Source of the DNA: Eledone cirrhosa
Taxonomy: Eukaryota
Direction: 5' to 3'
Assembly: GCA_964016885.1 (NCBI GenBank)
Contig: OZ024745.1
Coordinates: forward strand, 60,388,001-60,452,000
Length of the DNA: 64,000 nt
Position numbers and translations under genes: made by a program. A model generated the notes under the pieces. That model was not told the DNA's origin. It was given only the letters and a program-made list of their open reading frames with translations, and made no database searches. The number at the start of each line of letters is the position of its first letter. Position 1 is the first letter of the stretch. Below, in pieces: positions 59,571 to 64,000 of the stretch.

Positions 59571-60529
59571 AATTGTTTCTACTTTTGGCACAAGGCCAGC
59601 AATTACCCAGTGTATTACTGGTACTTTATTAATCAACCCCATAAGGATGAAAGGCAAAGTTAACCTCGGCGGGATTTGAACTCAGAATGGCAAGGGAATA
59701 ATGTACCGCAGTGATTCAAATGTTGAAAAGCCTATCTATACATTGGCGTATTTCGCCTTAAATTGTGAATATAACTCTTCAAGGTTGCATAACATTGGGC
59801 TCTTTGATATCTGTTCCTTTTTTCCAACACTTGCGTAATCATTATTGCAGATTGAGTGACAACGTCGAGACTCCCTCGTTAGCTCAAACTTTGGTCGCTA
59901 TTTTCAGCAGATCAAGCGACAGCAATAAAGGTTTTCTGTTGATTTCTTACTTAGACACAAGCACAGCAGAACAAATCAACACCAGTATATTAATTGTACG
60001 GTACTTTATATGGCTAAGGTAAAGTATGCTCTTGTTCAGGCGGCAAATTGTCAGAATCATTAAAACATCGGATAGAATGTTTTGCGGTATTCTTTCCGGC
60101 TGTCTACTCTCTGAGTTCAAATTCCACAGAGATCAACTTTGCCTTTCATCCATCCGATATCGATGAAAAAGTACCAGTCTAGTACAGGGTTTGATTCTTC
60201 CTCTATATCTCTTTCTCATTTCCTTTCTCTCACTCTCTTTCCTTCTCGCGAAGAAATCTGCTGTATTCAGACCGGAGAGAAGATGGGATCCGCCAGGTTT
60301 GAAGGAGTCCTAAGAAATGTCGTATATGGCATCCCTACGACTCCCCCAAGCGTTACAAAACCATTAAAAAAAATATACCATATCATATCATGTTCATATT
60401 CAGATTTTAATTTACAATCGTGATAACTGAAAGTAAACACTCTACTATCTCACTTCCACCACATTCATGTAAGAAATAACTATTGATTTCTAATTTAGGT
60501 ACAAGCCTAAAATCTGTATTAAGCCATTT

Positions 60530-60791
60530 AAAGCTCGTTAGGCCGGTGCTTATCACGGTTTCTTGGCGTGAAGCGACTGAAAGTACAAGACTCCCCCCCT
60601 GGACAGGACGCCAGTCCATCGCAGGGTTAAACCCCCAGCTATTGCTGGTACTCATTTTCCCCTGAGCATACTAGAGCAATATAAAATGAAATGTTTTGCT
60701 CAAGAACACAACACGCAACCCAGCCCAGGAATCGAACCCACAACATTATGACCGTAAGTCCAACACCTTTACCACTAGGCTATGCACCTCC
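60530..60791 (-). mobile_element. Full-length CORE-type tRNA SINE with a distinct 3' tail
   Basis: B-box GTTCGATTCC; tail AACCCTGCGATGGACTGGCGTCCTGTCCAGGGGG. Confidence 0.75.
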
Positions 60792-61199
60792 ACATAATTT
60801 AGGTACAAGGCCAGCAAAATTTGGGGGAAGGTCAAAGTTGATAAAATCAACCTCAGTACTTGACAGGTACTTTATTTTATTGACCCAGGAAAGACGAAAG
60901 ACAAAGATGACCTCGGCGGGATTTGAACTCAGAACGTAAAGTAGGCAGATGTGAAGTACAATAATACTGTTTCCACCACCACTACCACCTCCACTACCAG
61001 CACCTCTACCACCACCATTACAACAACGATTATCACTATCACTACCGCCACAACCACAACCACAACCACCACCACCTTAACCAGCAAAAACTACAACACT
61101 GCCTGCCACCACCACCACCACGGCAATCACCACCACTGACACCACAACGACAACCACCACAACCACCACAACCACCACTACCACAACCAACACCACCAA

Positions 61200-63290
61200 C
61201 ACAACCACCACCGTCACTACTACCAGCCGCACCACCACTATAACCACTAATACCGCCACCCCCACCACTACGAGGACCACCACCACCACCACCACCACCA
61301 CCACCGTCACTACTACCAGCCGCACCACCACTATAACCACTAATACCGCCACCCCCACCACTACGAGGACCACCACCACCACCACCACCACTATAACCAC
61401 TAATACCGCCACCCCCATCACTACGAGGACCACCACCACCACCACCACCACCACCGTCACTACTACCAGCCCCACCACCACTATAACCACTAATACCGCC
61501 ACCCCCACCACTACGAGGACCACCACCACCACCACCGTCACTACTACCAGCCCCACCACCACTATAACCACTAATACCGCCACCCCCACCACTACGAGGA
61601 CCACCACCACCACCACCGTCACTACTACCAGCCCCACCACCACTATAACCACTAATACCGCCACCCCCACCACTACGAGGACCACCACCACCACCACCAC
61701 CACCACCGCCGTAACTACTACCAGCCCCACCACCACTATAACCACTAATACCGCCACCCTAACCACCACCACCACCCCCACCACCGTAACTACTACCAGC
61801 CCCACCACCACTATAACCACTAATACCGCCACCCTAACCACCACCACCACCCCCACCGCCGTCACTACTACCAGCCCCACCACCACTATAACCACTAATA
61901 CCGCCACCCTAACCACCACCACCACCCCCACCACCGTAACTACTACCAGCCCCACCACCACTATAACCACTAATACCGCCACCCTAACCACCACCACCAC
62001 CCCCACCACCGTCACTACTACCAGCCCCACCACCACTATAACCACTAATACCGCCACCCCCACCACTACGAGGACCACCACCACCACCACCACCCCCACC
62101 GCCGTCACTACTACCAGCCCCACCACCACTATAACCACTAATACCGCCACCCTAACCACCACCACCACCCCCACCACCGTCACTACTACCAGCCCCACCA
62201 CCACTATAACCACTAATACCGCCACCCTAACCACCACCACCACCCCCACCACCGTAACTACTACCAGCCCCACCACCACTATAACCACTAATACCGCCAC
62301 CCTAACCACCACCACCACCCCCACCACCGTCACTACTACCAGCCCCACCACCACTATAACCACTAATACCGCCACCCTAACCACCACCACCACCCCCACC
62401 ACCGTAACTACTACCAGCCCCACCACCACTATAACCACTAATACCGCCACCCTAACCACCACCACCACCCCCACCACCGTAACTACTACCAGCCCCACCA
62501 CCACTATAACCACTACTACCGCCACCCTAACCACCACCACCACCCCCACCACCGTCACTACTACCAGCCCCACCACCACTATAACCACTACTACCGCCAC
62601 CCTAACCACCACCACCACCCCCACCACCGTCACTACTACCAGCCCCACCACCACTATAACCACTACTACCGCCACCCTAACCACCACCACCACCCCCACC
62701 ACCGTCACTACTACCAGCCCCACCACCACTATAACCACTACTACCGCCACCCTAACCACCACCACCACCCCCACCACCGTCACTACTACCAGCCCCACCA
62801 CCACTATAACCACTACTACCGCCACCCTAACCACCACAACCACCCCCACCACCGTAACTACTACCAGCCCCACCACCACTATAACCACTAATACCGCCAC
62901 CCTAACCACCACAACCACCCCCACCACCGTCACTACTACCAGCCCCACCACCACTATAACCACTACTACCGCCACCCTAACCACCACCACCACCCCCACC
63001 ACCGTCACTACTACCAGCCCCACCACCACTATAACCACTACTACCGCCACCCTAACCACCACCACCACCCCCACCACCGTCACTACTACCAGCCCCACCA
63101 CCACTATAACCACTACTACCGCCACCCTAACCACCACCACCACCCCCACCACCGTCACTACTACCAGCCCCACCACCACTATAACCACTACTACCGCCAC
63201 CCTAACCACCACCACCACCCCCACCACCGTCACTACTACCAGCCCCACCACCACTATAACCACTAATACCGCCACCCTAACCACCACAAC
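61200..63290. repeat. ACC-rich minisatellite, 69-bp unit in the distal part
   Basis: 23-codon periodicity is visible in the ORF track. Confidence 0.95.
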
Positions 63291-63605
63291 CGCTTTTCTA
63301 AAGACATCTTGTTATGAAAAAAGAGAGAAAGGAAGAGGTAGTTAAATTTACACACACACACGCACACACACACACACACACTCACTCTAACACACATACT
63401 CACACACACATACACACACGCACATACTCACACACACGCAGAGACGCACACACTCACTCACACATATACACACATGTACATACGCACACACTCACTCACA
63501 CACACACACAGGAGAGAGAAAGGGCATTGTGTCGGGTAAGAAAATAAGAGGCAGCTAAATTTACGCACACACATTCACACACATACACATACACACATAC
63601 ACACA

Positions 63606-63641
<36 letters not shown>

Positions 63642-63737
63642 TACACATACACACACACTTTCACTTACACAATCACACACACACACAAACACATATACAC
63701 ACATACACACACACTCTCACATACATACACAGAGAGA

Positions 63738-64000
63738 AGAGTAAGGGAGAGGGAGTAAGGGAGGGGGGGGATAAGTGAGTAAGGGAGAAGGAGTAAGGGA
63801 GAGGGTGTAAGGGAGAGGGAGTAAGGGAGAGGGAGTAAGGGAGAGGGAATAAGGGAGAGGGAGTAAGGGAGAAGGAGTTAGGAAGAAGCAGTAAGGAAGA
63901 AGGAGTAAGGGAGAAGGAGTAAGGGAGAAGGAGTAAGGGAGAGAGTGTAAAGGAGAAGGAGTAAGGGAGAAGGAGTAAGGGAGAAGGAGTAAGGGAGAGG
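63738..64000. repeat. 13-bp purine-rich minisatellite (GAGTAAGGGAGAR)n
   Basis: Directly visible. Confidence 0.93.

Noticed and set aside
61077-63287. 736-aa Val-rich minus-strand ORF
   Set aside because: Antisense reading of an ACC minisatellite with implausible composition.

Overview
AT-rich, microsatellite-dense eukaryotic (metazoan) DNA. The SINE families and repeat landscape suggest a cephalopod such as Octopus, which is an inference. No host protein-coding gene can be supported; most ORF-track entries are translated microsatellites. The window is a mosaic of mobile DNA: two long Tx1-clade LINE copies plus several 3' fragments, mostly next to (TATC)n tracts; one 5'-truncated Neptune-type Penelope-like element (RT + GIY-YIG, open frame) flanked by ~0.85-kb inverted repeats; RTE LINE fragments and an RTE-derived bipartite family; Meta- and CORE-type tRNA SINEs; Helitron and Sola2-like remnants; and MITEs. 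Three observations stand out. (1) In both diverged Tx1 copies the ORF1-ORF2 spacer is a GT-AG micro-intron (31 and 39 nt) whose removal deletes the ORF1 stop and fuses ORF1 in frame to ORF2. (2) About a dozen minimal type-I hammerhead ribozyme motifs lie in short, microsatellite-embedded, mostly fold-back elements, and several fold-back apices fall in the inferred ribozyme stem II. (3) The Tx1 family appears to target (TATC)n. All structures were folded by eye, and boundary coordinates are approximate.
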